Part shown: piece by piece, positions 16,286 through 24,971 of the stretch
How positions within the stretch are numbered: the first letter of the stretch is position 1
Layout: the number at the start of each line of letters is the position of its first letter
Program-made: the position numbers and the translations under genes
Notes under the pieces: generated by a model
The model's database searches: none
What the model was told of the DNA's origin: nothing
What the model saw: only the letters and a program-made list of their open reading frames with translations
Assembly: GCA_005882115.1 (NCBI GenBank)
Contig: VBEG01000021.1
Span: 25,498 to 89,497, forward strand
Source of the DNA: Chloroflexota bacterium
Lineage (GTDB): Bacteria > Chloroflexota > Dormibacteria > Dormibacterales > Dormibacteraceae
Direction of reading: 5' to 3'
Length of the DNA stretch: 64,000 nt

Positions 16286-17148
16286 GCCGGCGCCACAACC
16301 GTGCGGCGCGTCTTGACGAGTCGGACCGCCAGGTAGAACACAAACGCCAGCGTGGTGATGAAAAAGCCAACGGGGACGTTCGTGAAATACGCCAGGGCAA
16401 GTCCCAGCCATGTGAAGGCAAGCGACAGGGCGACGCTGAGCGCGATCCCTCGTCCTTGTCGCGCGGTCAGCTGGAGCGCGGATGCGGCGGGGGCGACGAG
16501 CAGCGCAAAGATCAGCAGCGTGCCGACGATCTGCACGGTGATCGCGACCGACAACGCGAGGATGAGCAAGAAAGCCAGCGACAGCATCCGCACGGGAACG
16601 CCACGGGCCTGAGCGACGTCGGGGTCGACCGACGCAAACATCAGCGGGCGTCCGATCGCCGCGAGCGATGCGATCGTGACCAGCGCGACCGCGAACGTCA
16701 GCTGCACATCGCGGTCGGTGATGCCGAGGATCGTTCCGAACAGAAACGCGTAGATCCCCTGAGCGCTGCCGCCGTACAGGCGGACGAAGAGAAAGCCCAG
16801 GCCCAGCGAGAACGCGAGGATCGAGCCGATGGCGGCGGATTCAAGCCGCTGACCGGCATCGACCTCGCGACCGATAGCCGCGATGCCCACCGCCGCCCCC
16901 ACGCAAAAAACGATCAGCCCGAGCACCGGCGAGACGTGCACAAGCACGCCCGCGGCAGCGCCTGGAAAGCCGACCTGCGACAGCATGTGCGCCGCGAAGC
17001 TCTGTCCGCGAAGAACGACGAAGTAGCCCGCCGTGCCGGCGAGCAGCGCGACGAGCGTGCCGGCGAGGAAGGCGTTCTGCATGAAGTGGAACTGGAGGAG
17101 CAGCTGGATGTCCGCCACGACGTCCCACGACGGTCCCGGCTCAGGCAT
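16282..17148 (-). CDS. metal ABC transporter permease (TroC/ZnuB-like)
   Basis: Paralogue of the downstream permease (FHFMQNAFLAG...). Its ATG shares one base with the ATPase stop (TGATG). Confidence 0.8.
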   Translation of the reverse strand: MPEPGPSWDVVADIQLLLQFHFMQNAFLAGTLVALLAGTAGYFVVLRGQSFAAHMLSQVGFPGAAAGVLVHVSPVLGLIVFCVGAAVGIAAIGREVDAGQRLESAAIGSILAFSLGLGFLFVRLYGGSAQGIYAFLFGTILGITDRDVQLTFAVALVTIASLAAIGRPLMFASVDPDVAQARGVPVRMLSLAFLLILALSVAITVQIVGTLLIFALLVAPAASALQLTARQGRGIALSVALSLAFTWLGLALAYFTNVPVGFFITTLAFVFYLAVRLVKTRRTVVAPA

Positions 17149-17948
17149 CAGTGGTCGTCGGGGTGATGCGTGACGGGCTCGTACTGGCCAACCACGACGA
17201 TGCGGCCGTCGCTCGTGTGCAGCACCTCGACCGGGGTTCCGTAAAGCGCGGTCAGCGTCTCGGTGCGGATGACCTCCTGCGGCTTGCCGGACAACACGTG
17301 GCCGCCGGCGACGTAGACAACACGATCGACGAAGGGAAGGATGGGATTGATGTCATGCGCGACGAGCAGGACGGTGACGCCGCGCGTCTGGCAGATGCTC
17401 CGAATCAGCTCCGAGATCGCCTGCTGATTGTTGAGGTCAAGGCTCTCGAGTGGCTCATCAAGGGCCAGCATCCTGGCGCCGCTGACCAGGGCCTGCGCGA
17501 TCAGGATCCGCTGCTGCTCACCGCCGGAAAGCTCTCCGATCGGCCGGTCCTGGTAGGCGGCGGCTCCAACCAGCTCCACCATCTCGGCGACCCGATTTGT
17601 TTTCGCGGGCGACGGCAGCGACATCCCCCAACGCTCGCCGTCGAGACCCAGCCGCACAAGGTCGACCGCGCGGATGCGCAGGTCCGGATCGAATCGGCGT
17701 CGCTGTGGCAAGTAGCCGATCTCGTCGCTCCCTCGCCGGACCGGCCGGCCGAAGACGCGCACCGAACCCTCGGCCAGGGGCACCACTCCAAGGAGTGCTT
17801 TGAGCAGCGTCGACTTGCCGGCCCCGTTGGGGCCAAGGATGGCGACGAACTCGCCTTCCTGGACTTCCAGGTCGACCTCGGTCCAGATCAGCCGTCCGCC
17901 CAGACGGGCGGCCGCGTGGTCGAGTTGGAGCGCTCCCAAGATGCGCAA
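17148..17948 (-). CDS. metal ABC transporter ATP-binding protein
   Basis: Walker A GPNGAGKSTLL, signature LSGGEQQR, Walker B LALDEP. Proposed TTG start (MRILGALQLDH...) because the N-terminal beta-strand lies upstream of any ATG. Confidence 0.8.
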   Translation of the reverse strand: MRILGALQLDHAAARLGGRLIWTEVDLEVQEGEFVAILGPNGAGKSTLLKALLGVVPLAEGSVRVFGRPVRRGSDEIGYLPQRRRFDPDLRIRAVDLVRLGLDGERWGMSLPSPAKTNRVAEMVELVGAAAYQDRPIGELSGGEQQRILIAQALVSGARMLALDEPLESLDLNNQQAISELIRSICQTRGVTVLLVAHDINPILPFVDRVVYVAGGHVLSGKPQEVIRTETLTALYGTPVEVLHTSDGRIVVVGQYEPVTHHPDDH

Positions 17949-17998
17949 GAGTATTGCACAAGCACCTTGCGCAAGTGATTTGCGATATATTGCGTGGA
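17941..17998. promoter_or_regulatory. array of TTGCRCAAG boxes at 13-bp spacing in the Fur/ABC divergent region (candidate operator)
   Basis: aTGCGCAAG 17941, TTGCACAAG 17954, TTGCGCAAG 17967 (part of the 10-bp palindrome CTTGCGCAAG), TTGCGATAT 17980, TTGCG 17990. The array spans both start codons. Confidence 0.5.
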
Positions 17999-18423
17999 TG
18001 CCCAGGCCGAGCCCGGTAACGGACGAGGTGCGCCGGCTGCTCGACACCGAGGAGCGCCACGCGTGGTCGATGGACGAGCTGTTCCAGGCGACGCGGTCGT
18101 CCCTTGGCTCCGCCGACTACTCTTCGGTCTTCCGCGCCGTGAGCGTCCTGGAGAAGCAGGGCGTGGTCGACAAGATCGACCTCGGGGACGGGCGCGCGCG
18201 CTTCGAGCTCCGCGAAGACCACCACGAGCACATCCGGTGTGAGCGCTGCGGGCGCGTCGAGGAGGTGCCCGGGTGCGTGCTGGACGACGCGACCGCGCAG
18301 GTCCACAACCTGACCGGCTTCAAAGTGACGAGCCACCGTGTTGTATTCGGCGGTTTGTGCCGAGACTGCGCCCCCACCCCGACCCTCCCCGGCGAGCGGG
18401 GAGGGCAAATTGCCTCGACCTAG
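17998..18423 (+). CDS. Fur-family metalloregulator (Zur/Mur-like)
   Basis: HHEHIRCERCGRVEEVPGC and GLCRDC motifs. Divergent from the metal ABC operon. The C-terminal tail PTPTLPGERGGQIAST is encoded by a TCCCC/GGGGA hairpin. Confidence 0.8.
   Translation: MPRPSPVTDEVRRLLDTEERHAWSMDELFQATRSSLGSADYSSVFRAVSVLEKQGVVDKIDLGDGRARFELREDHHEHIRCERCGRVEEVPGCVLDDATAQVHNLTGFKVTSHRVVFGGLCRDCAPTPTLPGERGGQIAST
18383..18405. repeat. TCCCC/GGGGA hairpin element (9-bp stem) inside the 3' end of the fur-family gene
   Basis: ccctccccg gcgag cggggaggg. Confidence 0.7.
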
Positions 18424-18440
18424 TTGTTAGCCGGCCGGCG

Positions 18441-19220
18441 CTAGGAACTCCACATCGGCTTGCGTTTCTCGACGAAAGCGGTCATGCCCTCGCGCCCGTC
18501 GGGAGCGACCGCGTTGCAGGAAATGGCTTCCGCCATCAGCGCGTAGGCGTCCGTCTGCTTCGACTCGACCTGCTCGTAGAAACCTTCCTTGCCGATCTGC
18601 AGCGCGTATCGGCTCAGCTGCGCGAGCTCTTTCACCAGCGCCATCACCTCGGCGTCGAGCTGCTCGCGCGGCACCGCTCGGTTGATCAGACCCCAGCGCT
18701 CCGCGGTGGCGGCATCGATGAAGCGACCTGTGAGCAGCATCTCCAGCGAGTGCTTGCGGCTGAGGTTCCGCGCCACCGCGACGCCGGGCGTGGAGCAAAA
18801 CAATCCGTACTTCACGCCAGACGTCGCGAAGCGGCAGTCGTCGCTTGCGATCGCGAGATCGCACGTCGCGACAAGCTGACAGCCCGCGGCCGTCGCGATT
18901 CCATGGGGCGCGGCGATGACGGGAACCGGAACCGACTGCACCTTGGCCATGAGCTTGTTGCAGAGCGCGAACAGCTCACGCTCCTCGTCGAGCGTCTTAT
19001 CGAGCATCTCCTTCAAGTCGTGGCCCGCCGAAAACGCGCGGCCGGCGCCTTTGATGACGATGGCGCGGACTTCGGGCCTGGATGCCTGGCGTTCGAGCTC
19101 GGCTGTGAGCTCTTCCATCAATCCGGTGGACAGCGCGTTGAGCTGGTCGGGGCGGTTGAGAGTGATGATGGCCGCAGGCGGCGCGTCCTCGACCAGCAGG
19201 TACTTCAGAGAGATAGCCAT
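18441..19220 (-). CDS. enoyl-CoA hydratase/isomerase (crotonase) family protein
   Basis: ITLNRPDQLNAL...IKGAGRAFSAGHDLKEM. ATG at 19220 is preceded by AAGGAGG. Confidence 0.8.
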   Translation of the reverse strand: MAISLKYLLVEDAPPAAIITLNRPDQLNALSTGLMEELTAELERQASRPEVRAIVIKGAGRAFSAGHDLKEMLDKTLDEERELFALCNKLMAKVQSVPVPVIAAPHGIATAAGCQLVATCDLAIASDDCRFATSGVKYGLFCSTPGVAVARNLSRKHSLEMLLTGRFIDAATAERWGLINRAVPREQLDAEVMALVKELAQLSRYALQIGKEGFYEQVESKQTDAYALMAEAISCNAVAPDGREGMTAFVEKRKPMWSS

Positions 19221-19358
19221 GCACGGACCTCCTTGTTGCTTCTTCGATCTCCCGTCAAATAGAAGCATGAGCCAGCCGGAACCGCCAGACCGGATGACAT
19301 CGCGGCTGCCTGTCGTAGGCTGCGATTGGCGAATCTAAGCCCCCCAAGGAGCCTGCGA

Positions 19359-19658
19359 ATGGACACATTTCGTGCGACTTCGGACACGATCGCCTGCGCC
19401 CTCACACCCGATGATCTGAAGGAAACGCAGGCGGCCTGGGACAAGCTGCTTCGTCTTTCGCTCGTCTCCCGGGAGGAGGTTCCGGGCGGGCTTCGGTTGA
19501 TCGTCCATCCAGGAAGCGCGGACGCCCTGCGCCGGCTCATCGACGTCGAGCGGGAGTGCTGCCGCTGGATCACGTTTGAGCTGGACGGCCCGATGGTGAA
19601 GATGACCGCTTCAGACGGCGGCGAAGCCGCGATTCGCGAGATGTGGTCGCCGCCATGA
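19359..19658 (+). CDS. conserved hypothetical protein with ERECC motif
   Basis: AAGGAG 8 nt upstream of the ATG. IACALTPDDL...LIDVERECCRWITFEL resembles small uncharacterised actinobacterial proteins. Confidence 0.45.
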   Translation: MDTFRATSDTIACALTPDDLKETQAAWDKLLRLSLVSREEVPGGLRLIVHPGSADALRRLIDVERECCRWITFELDGPMVKMTASDGGEAAIREMWSPP

Positions 19659-19852
19659 AAGAAAAGGGTCGGCTTCGCGACGCGATGAACTGCTACCGGC
19701 GGCGCGTCGAGGTGGACATGCTCGCGACACGCGCCCGTCTCGAGGCCGCCGACCGCCTCGCCGACGCTGTCGAGGCCGGCCTGGAGGGCCAACCGGCCGC
19801 GGTGCGGGATGCCTTGCGCGCATACCGCAACGCGTCGCAGAACCCGGTGTAG
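19655..19852 (+). CDS. small helical hypothetical protein
   Basis: ATGA overlap with the preceding stop (19655-19658). 65 aa, no recognisable motif. Confidence 0.3.
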   Translation: MKEKGRLRDAMNCYRRRVEVDMLATRARLEAADRLADAVEAGLEGQPAAVRDALRAYRNASQNPV

Positions 19853-19954
19853 GCTTCTGCGGCCGTGGTGGAGTACCCTCGCGACCAGGCGACCCGCGCT
19901 CGATCGTGGTCGAGGAGCGCGATGTGATCACGCTGGAGATCAGCCCGCCGACGG

Positions 19955-20620
19955 TCAGCCCGCCGCCGGACTTCGCCTGGCCGCCGGGTTTCTGACGCCG
20001 CCCAGCACCCCATCGGAGACCAGCCGGATCGAAACGAGAAACGTGAGCCAGGCGACCGCGATCAGGATCCCACCTAGCACGTCCGTCGGCCAGTGCGCCC
20101 CGGTATAGATCCTGGCGATGGCGTTGGCGACGATGATCAGGACGACGACCACCCAGCCCATGACTCGCGCCCACTGCGGTAGGAATCGGTAGCCGAAGCA
20201 AAGCATCAAGACGACCGTCACCGTGACGATGAAGATCGTGTGCCCGCTGGGATAGCTGGACGCGCCCGGATGCTCCGTCACCCGCAGCACGTCGGCGGTC
20301 GTCGGCCGGGCGCGCACGATCAGGTGACTGACGGCCTCATACCAGCCACCGCTGAGAGCGGCTCCCCCGGCAAAGATCCACGCGCGGCGGTTGAAGATCA
20401 GGATCGCGAAGAAGATGAGGATCTCGACCGCCAGGCCTTTGGCGTCACCGATCCAGCTGAAGAATCGGAAGGTGACCGCGAGCGGCCCCCAGTCGGTCGC
20501 CTGGATGTCCCGCTCGACCAGTGCGTCCTCTGGTATGAACGGATGGCTCGCCACATAGACCGACAGCCCGATCGCAGCGAGCGCGACGATCACCGCGATG
20601 GCGAGTAGAGGACGGTTCAT
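19955..20620 (-). CDS. PAP2-family lipid phosphatase
   Basis: PAP2 motif elements RARP, YPSGHT and TGAHWPTDVLGG. 6 TMS. Confidence 0.8.
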   Translation of the reverse strand: MNRPLLAIAVIVALAAIGLSVYVASHPFIPEDALVERDIQATDWGPLAVTFRFFSWIGDAKGLAVEILIFFAILIFNRRAWIFAGGAALSGGWYEAVSHLIVRARPTTADVLRVTEHPGASSYPSGHTIFIVTVTVVLMLCFGYRFLPQWARVMGWVVVVLIIVANAIARIYTGAHWPTDVLGGILIAVAWLTFLVSIRLVSDGVLGGVRNPAARRSPAAG

Positions 20621-20641
20621 GAAGCGCAGAGCCCTATCGCA

Positions 20642-21361
20642 TCAGCTCGTCACGCGCCGGCGCCTGGCCGTGAACCATTTCCAGGAGGGAGAAGGCAGCC
20701 AGCGCTCGGGCAGCCAGACGACGAACGCTGACCAGCCAAGCCCGAGGAGGAATCCTCCCGCCACGTCGCTGGGCCAGTGGGCGCCCGCCCAGACGCGCGC
20801 GCAACAGGCGAGGAAGACCACGATCGCCGCCGCGATCCAGAGCATCCACCGGCGGCGCGGCCTGACGTGCGGCGCCAGCGAGAACGCGAGCATGAAGCTG
20901 AGCCACGTGAAGAACACCGCATGCCCGCTTGGATAGCTGTACCCAGGGGCGGGTGTGAGGATGTGGATCAGGTCGGCGGCCGGACGTTGGCGCGCCATGG
21001 CGAGCTTGATCAGGTTGTCGAGCCCGCTGGAGATGGAGCCGATCGCCATCAGGTAGCCGGCGCGCCGCTCGACAAGAAAAAGAATCAATACGGCCGCTAC
21101 GCCGACGGCGACCTGCACGTAGCCCGCCGTGTAGTTGATGGCCGCGAAAATGTATGTAACCGGGCCCCAGGGGAACGACTGGATGAACGTCGCCACGGGG
21201 ACGTCGAAGGGCAGCAGAGGCTGGGTGGCCACGAGGTAGGTGTCCATCGCGAAGATGATTGCCACCGCGACCGTCAGTGGCCAAAGCCATGCGCGGGCGC
21301 TCTCGCGCGGATCGCCGGCGATAACCTCCTGGGCGGCCTTTTCGACGGGTTGCGCGCTCAC
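20642..21361 (-). CDS. PAP2-family lipid phosphatase (tandem paralogue)
   Basis: ARQRP, YPSGHA and AGAHWPSDVAGG. GTG start overlaps the kinase stop (GTGA 21358-21361). The 608-aa track ORF is a spurious extension. Confidence 0.75.
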   Translation of the reverse strand: MSAQPVEKAAQEVIAGDPRESARAWLWPLTVAVAIIFAMDTYLVATQPLLPFDVPVATFIQSFPWGPVTYIFAAINYTAGYVQVAVGVAAVLILFLVERRAGYLMAIGSISSGLDNLIKLAMARQRPAADLIHILTPAPGYSYPSGHAVFFTWLSFMLAFSLAPHVRPRRRWMLWIAAAIVVFLACCARVWAGAHWPSDVAGGFLLGLGWSAFVVWLPERWLPSPSWKWFTARRRRVTS

Positions 21362-22218
21362 TTCGGCAACAGCATCTTGAGCGCGCTGGTGTAGGCGCTG
21401 ATCCTCGCCGGCGTCCGCCCCACCTGGAAGTTGTCGGCATAGACGCGCACGCGCGGCCTGGTCTTGACTTCGAGCTCGCTGAACTTGAAGACCTGGCCGG
21501 TTCCATCCTCTGTGTGTTTCATCAGCAGCGCCGACTTCAACGCGCGGATGGCGATGTCGGTCCGCGATTCGCCCGCATGCACAGAGAACTCGAGGTGAGG
21601 GTCGATCGGGGTGCCGTCGCTGATCGGCAGCTGGCTGCCGATGGAAGCGGTATTGCTGAAGACGAGCGACATCGCGGAGCCGCCGCCCTCGATATCGCCG
21701 GCGAGCTCGTACTGAAATCGCTTGGCTGCGATGACGTTCTTCAGCTTGACCGCGAGCTGACCGAACTCGAGGTCTTTGGCCGAGTCGCCAAGCGCGATTG
21801 TCTCGCCGAACAGTCCGATCGCGCAGGCCTCTACGAAAACGTGATCGTTGACCCTGCCCAGCGTGATCGGCCGCGCGTGACCATCGCGGGCGACATCGAT
21901 CGCGTCCTCGATCTTTGGAGGCAGGCCGAGTGCGCGAGCGAGATTGTTGAATGTGCCAAGCGAGATGACGCCGATCGGATGTCGGGAATCGGCGAACTTC
22001 CGCACCATGAATTCCACGGTGCCGTCGCCTCCCGCCACGATGATTCGTGCCCGCGACGAGACCAGCTTTTCGATGTCCTCGTGGGGGTCGAAGTCGACGA
22101 TGAGGTGATCGGCGAAGGCCGAGCGCAGCTCTTTCTCGACCTCCTCGTTCATCGACCCGGCGGCGCGACTGATGACCAGCAGGCGCGTGGCCTTCGTCTC
22201 CGCCTTGGTGAAGCTCAA
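21358..22218 (-). CDS. diacylglycerol/lipid kinase family protein (DAGK catalytic domain, YegS/BmrU-like)
   Basis: RLLVISRAAG...IIVAGGDGTV...ISLGTFNNLARALG. Proposed TTG start overlaps the DUF1206 stop (TTGA 22215-22218). Confidence 0.75.
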   Translation of the reverse strand: MSFTKAETKATRLLVISRAAGSMNEEVEKELRSAFADHLIVDFDPHEDIEKLVSSRARIIVAGGDGTVEFMVRKFADSRHPIGVISLGTFNNLARALGLPPKIEDAIDVARDGHARPITLGRVNDHVFVEACAIGLFGETIALGDSAKDLEFGQLAVKLKNVIAAKRFQYELAGDIEGGGSAMSLVFSNTASIGSQLPISDGTPIDPHLEFSVHAGESRTDIAIRALKSALLMKHTEDGTGQVFKFSELEVKTRPRVRVYADNFQVGRTPARISAYTSALKMLLPK

Positions 22219-23069
22219 GGCCGGCTTCCGAGGAGGCGGATCCAGCGCGCGCACGCGAACGAGTGGAGACCGAGGGCGATGAAGCCGGCGGCGACCATGC
22301 CCAGCAGAGGGCGACCGTAAGGCTGGTCCAGAAGAAAGATGAAAGCGCCTGCGAATCCGTGCACCTGGTTCGGATCCCTGTGCAAGCCGCCCTGAAGGAC
22401 AAACCATCCGACGAGGCCGAAGGTGATGGCGCGCGAGAGCATGCCGAATCGCCCGAGGCCGTCCACAATCTGCTTCTCCACCCTGTTCATATCGAATCGC
22501 TTCAGGTCCTTCTTGAAGGTGGCTCTGGCAGCTTCGACCAGCTGGGCCAAACCGGCGGCGATGGCGATGACGCCGATGACGATCGCCACCCACTGGCCGC
22601 CCGGAACGGTGAGGATCCTCGCGATCGTCGACTGGGCGCTGTCATGAGACCCGGCTTGCGAGGTCCCGGCCAGAAGGCGAAGCGCGAACAGGACGATCGC
22701 GGCGTAGGCGACCCCACTCCAGGCAAAGCCAAGCCTCTCGGCGATGCCCGGAGCGTCGCGACCGCGATGGAGCGGGTCGAAGATTGCCCGCACGAAGCCC
22801 CATATGGAATAGGCGCCGAGGCCGAAGACTACCGCGAGGAGCAAGGCCTTGCCGGTCGGCCCTCCGGTCAGGAGCTTCAGGCTTCCGGATTGATCAGTCG
22901 CGCCGCCCCCGATTCCGAGCGCCAGGCCAAGGGCCAGGACACCCATCACGGCATAAATGACGCCGCGCATCACGTAACCGACCCGCTCGAGAAATTCCAA
23001 CCACGGGTTGGAGACACCTCGCCTGGTTGCCGATCTAGCCTTCTGGGCGACCCCGTGGACGCTTGCCAT
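22215..23069 (-). CDS. DUF1206-like membrane protein
   Basis: Repeated WLEFLERVGYVMRGVIYAVMG-type TM pairs (three repeats). Confidence 0.6.
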   Translation of the reverse strand: MASVHGVAQKARSATRRGVSNPWLEFLERVGYVMRGVIYAVMGVLALGLALGIGGGATDQSGSLKLLTGGPTGKALLLAVVFGLGAYSIWGFVRAIFDPLHRGRDAPGIAERLGFAWSGVAYAAIVLFALRLLAGTSQAGSHDSAQSTIARILTVPGGQWVAIVIGVIAIAAGLAQLVEAARATFKKDLKRFDMNRVEKQIVDGLGRFGMLSRAITFGLVGWFVLQGGLHRDPNQVHGFAGAFIFLLDQPYGRPLLGMVAAGFIALGLHSFACARWIRLLGSRP

Positions 23070-23126
23070 TGCCGTTAGGTCAACGTCCGGGCCGCTGACA
23101 GGCCCCGGGATCCCGGCCCCGCCAGA

Positions 23127-23879
23127 TCAGGGCTGGCAGGCTGGACACCAATAGGTGAGCCTCGCGTGCTCGCCTTGGGCGCGGACCCGAATCCGGGTGC
23201 CGCAGCGCGGGCACGGCCTGCCGCCGCGGCCATGCACCGCGCCCCTGCCGTAGCCGGGAAAGCGCCGCTTGAAGCCGCCGTTCAGGTTGGCGCGCATCGC
23301 CTCGTGGGCGGTCTCGAAGAGCGCGGTCAGCTGCGCGTCGTCGAGGTCGGTCGTCTTCGTCCACGGATTGATGCGCGCGTGCCACAGCGCCTCGCACCGG
23401 TAGACGTTGCCGATCCCGGCCGTCACGCGCTGGTCGAGGAGCACCTCGCCAACCGCCGTTGCTCCGAACGAGCGCGCCCGTGCCACCACCTCCCTGGCCG
23501 TCCAATCGTCGGAGAGGATGTCTGGCCCGAGATGGCCCACCTTCGTCGTCTCGTCGCGGACGAGCTCCACCACAGGAGCGCCGAAGCAGACGGCGACCAC
23601 GTCATCGGTCTCGAGCAGGGCTTTGATCTGCCACGCCGGCCGGCGCCATCGGTCGCCGCGTTTGTAGAGATGCCACGAGCCCTGCATCCGCATGTGGGAG
23701 TGGATCGCGAGGCCGTTGTCAAATCGGATCAGCAGATGCTTGCCTACTGGCTTGACCTCGGTGATGGTCGTTCCGGCCAGGCGCTTCAGTGCGTCGGGAC
23801 GAGCGGCGAGGACTCGCTTGCCTTCGAGGCCTTGGCGCAGCGTCGCGGCGGTTCGCCAGATGGTGTCGCCCTCGGGCAT
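23127..23879 (-). CDS. nei: Fpg/Nei-family DNA glycosylase / AP lyase
   Basis: N-terminal MPEGDT, an H2TH segment, and the C-terminal zinc finger CPRCG...CPACQ. Confidence 0.85.
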   Translation of the reverse strand: MPEGDTIWRTAATLRQGLEGKRVLAARPDALKRLAGTTITEVKPVGKHLLIRFDNGLAIHSHMRMQGSWHLYKRGDRWRRPAWQIKALLETDDVVAVCFGAPVVELVRDETTKVGHLGPDILSDDWTAREVVARARSFGATAVGEVLLDQRVTAGIGNVYRCEALWHARINPWTKTTDLDDAQLTALFETAHEAMRANLNGGFKRRFPGYGRGAVHGRGGRPCPRCGTRIRVRAQGEHARLTYWCPACQP

Positions 23880-23899
23880 CTGTGACCTATGGTGATCGG

Positions 23900-24835
23900 A
23901 TGACGAATCAATCGCGAGCAATCGGCCTCCTGCTGCCTTCGCGTGAGGCGCTCCTGTGGGGGGACAGCGACCTGGCGCTCATCGTCGACGCGGCACGGCG
24001 CGCGGAGCAAGCCGGCTACGACTCAGTGTGGGCCGGCGACTCCTTGCTGGCGCGGCCCCGGGCCGAGCCGCTCTCCCTGCTGAGTGCAGTTGCGGGCGCG
24101 ACGACACGAGTCAGTCTCGGCACCGCCGTCCTGCTGCCGCTGCTACGTCACCCTGTCTCGCTGGCGCATGCACTGTCGACACTGGACCGCCTCTCCCGCG
24201 GGCGCGTCATCGTCGGCATTGGTCCCGGTGCGGAGTTGCCCGGCACGCATGCCGAGCTGGCCGCCATCGGCGTGCCAAGCGACCGCCGGATCAGCGCCAT
24301 GCTGGAAACAATCGGGCGCTGCAGGCGGTTGTGGCGGGGCGAGGAACCCGGGATGGATCTCGAGCCGAAACCTTCCCATGCAGGCGGTCCGCCGATCTGG
24401 CTGGCAGGGAATGGTCCGCGCATGCTTCGTGAGACCGGCACGAACTTCGACGGATGGCTGCCGTTCAGCCCAACCCCTGGCGAATACGCGACCGGACTCC
24501 GAGCGGTGCAGGAGGCGGCGGAGCGCGCCGGCCGAGACCCCGACAGCATCGCGACCGGCGTCTATCTGACCGTGGCGATCGCCGATGGCGCCTCTGAGGC
24601 GGCCAGCGAGCTCGACGTCTACATGCGGGCCTACTACGGCGTGCCGGCCGAGGTGATGGCCCGGGCCCAGGCGTGCCACGCAGGAACTCTCGAGTCGGCC
24701 GCGGAGTGGTTCGCTTCCTACGCCGCCGTAGGCGCGCGCCACATGGTGGTGCGGCTGGCGCGACCCGGCCTCACCGATTACAGCGCCACGGCGAAAGAGG
24801 TCCTGGGCGCGGCACGTGGAGCGGCTAAAGCCTGA
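23900..24835 (+). CDS. luciferase-like monooxygenase (LLM) class oxidoreductase, probably F420-dependent
   Basis: GYDSVWAGDSLLARPR...LDRLSRGRVIVGIGPG pattern. Its start is only 20 bp from the divergent nei start. Confidence 0.7.
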   Translation: MTNQSRAIGLLLPSREALLWGDSDLALIVDAARRAEQAGYDSVWAGDSLLARPRAEPLSLLSAVAGATTRVSLGTAVLLPLLRHPVSLAHALSTLDRLSRGRVIVGIGPGAELPGTHAELAAIGVPSDRRISAMLETIGRCRRLWRGEEPGMDLEPKPSHAGGPPIWLAGNGPRMLRETGTNFDGWLPFSPTPGEYATGLRAVQEAAERAGRDPDSIATGVYLTVAIADGASEAASELDVYMRAYYGVPAEVMARAQACHAGTLESAAEWFASYAAVGARHMVVRLARPGLTDYSATAKEVLGAARGAAKA

Positions 24836-24971
24836 GCAGGGCGCTCGGTCGCTTGAAGGTTGATGCGGGCACCTGACACCAAATTAGGCTTGCCTGCCGA
24901 CAAATGATGAACCCACGTGTCGGCGGCGGACTTGCCCTCGCGGCCCTGTTGCTCTTGGGCTCGTGCGTTCG

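Noticed and set aside
14577-16421. 614-aa ORF in the track spanning the SBP and a permease
   Set aside because: Only the 3' third (14577-15461) has a coherent TroA/ZnuA sequence with a signal peptide and lipobox. The upstream part is an Arg/Gly/Ala-rich out-of-frame read-through of the permease gene, which is typical of high-GC DNA.
17941-17998. Canonical Zur/Fur box in the divergent region
   Set aside because: No AT-rich 7-1-7 or 9-1-9 palindrome of the usual type is present. Only the TTGCRCAAG array is there, reported as a separate finding.
20642-22468. 608-aa ORF and the overlapping 411-aa ORF (21358-22593)
   Set aside because: These are composites. Recognisable PAP2 and DAGK sequences begin only at 21361 and 22218. 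The upstream portions overlap better-supported genes in other frames and read as low-complexity Arg/Pro/Gly.
23100-23126. CCGGGATCCCGG palindrome after the nei gene, considered as a terminator or operator
   Set aside because: The 12-bp perfect palindrome has no loop, so a hairpin is sterically poor. There is no U-run and no second copy, so it is too weak to call.
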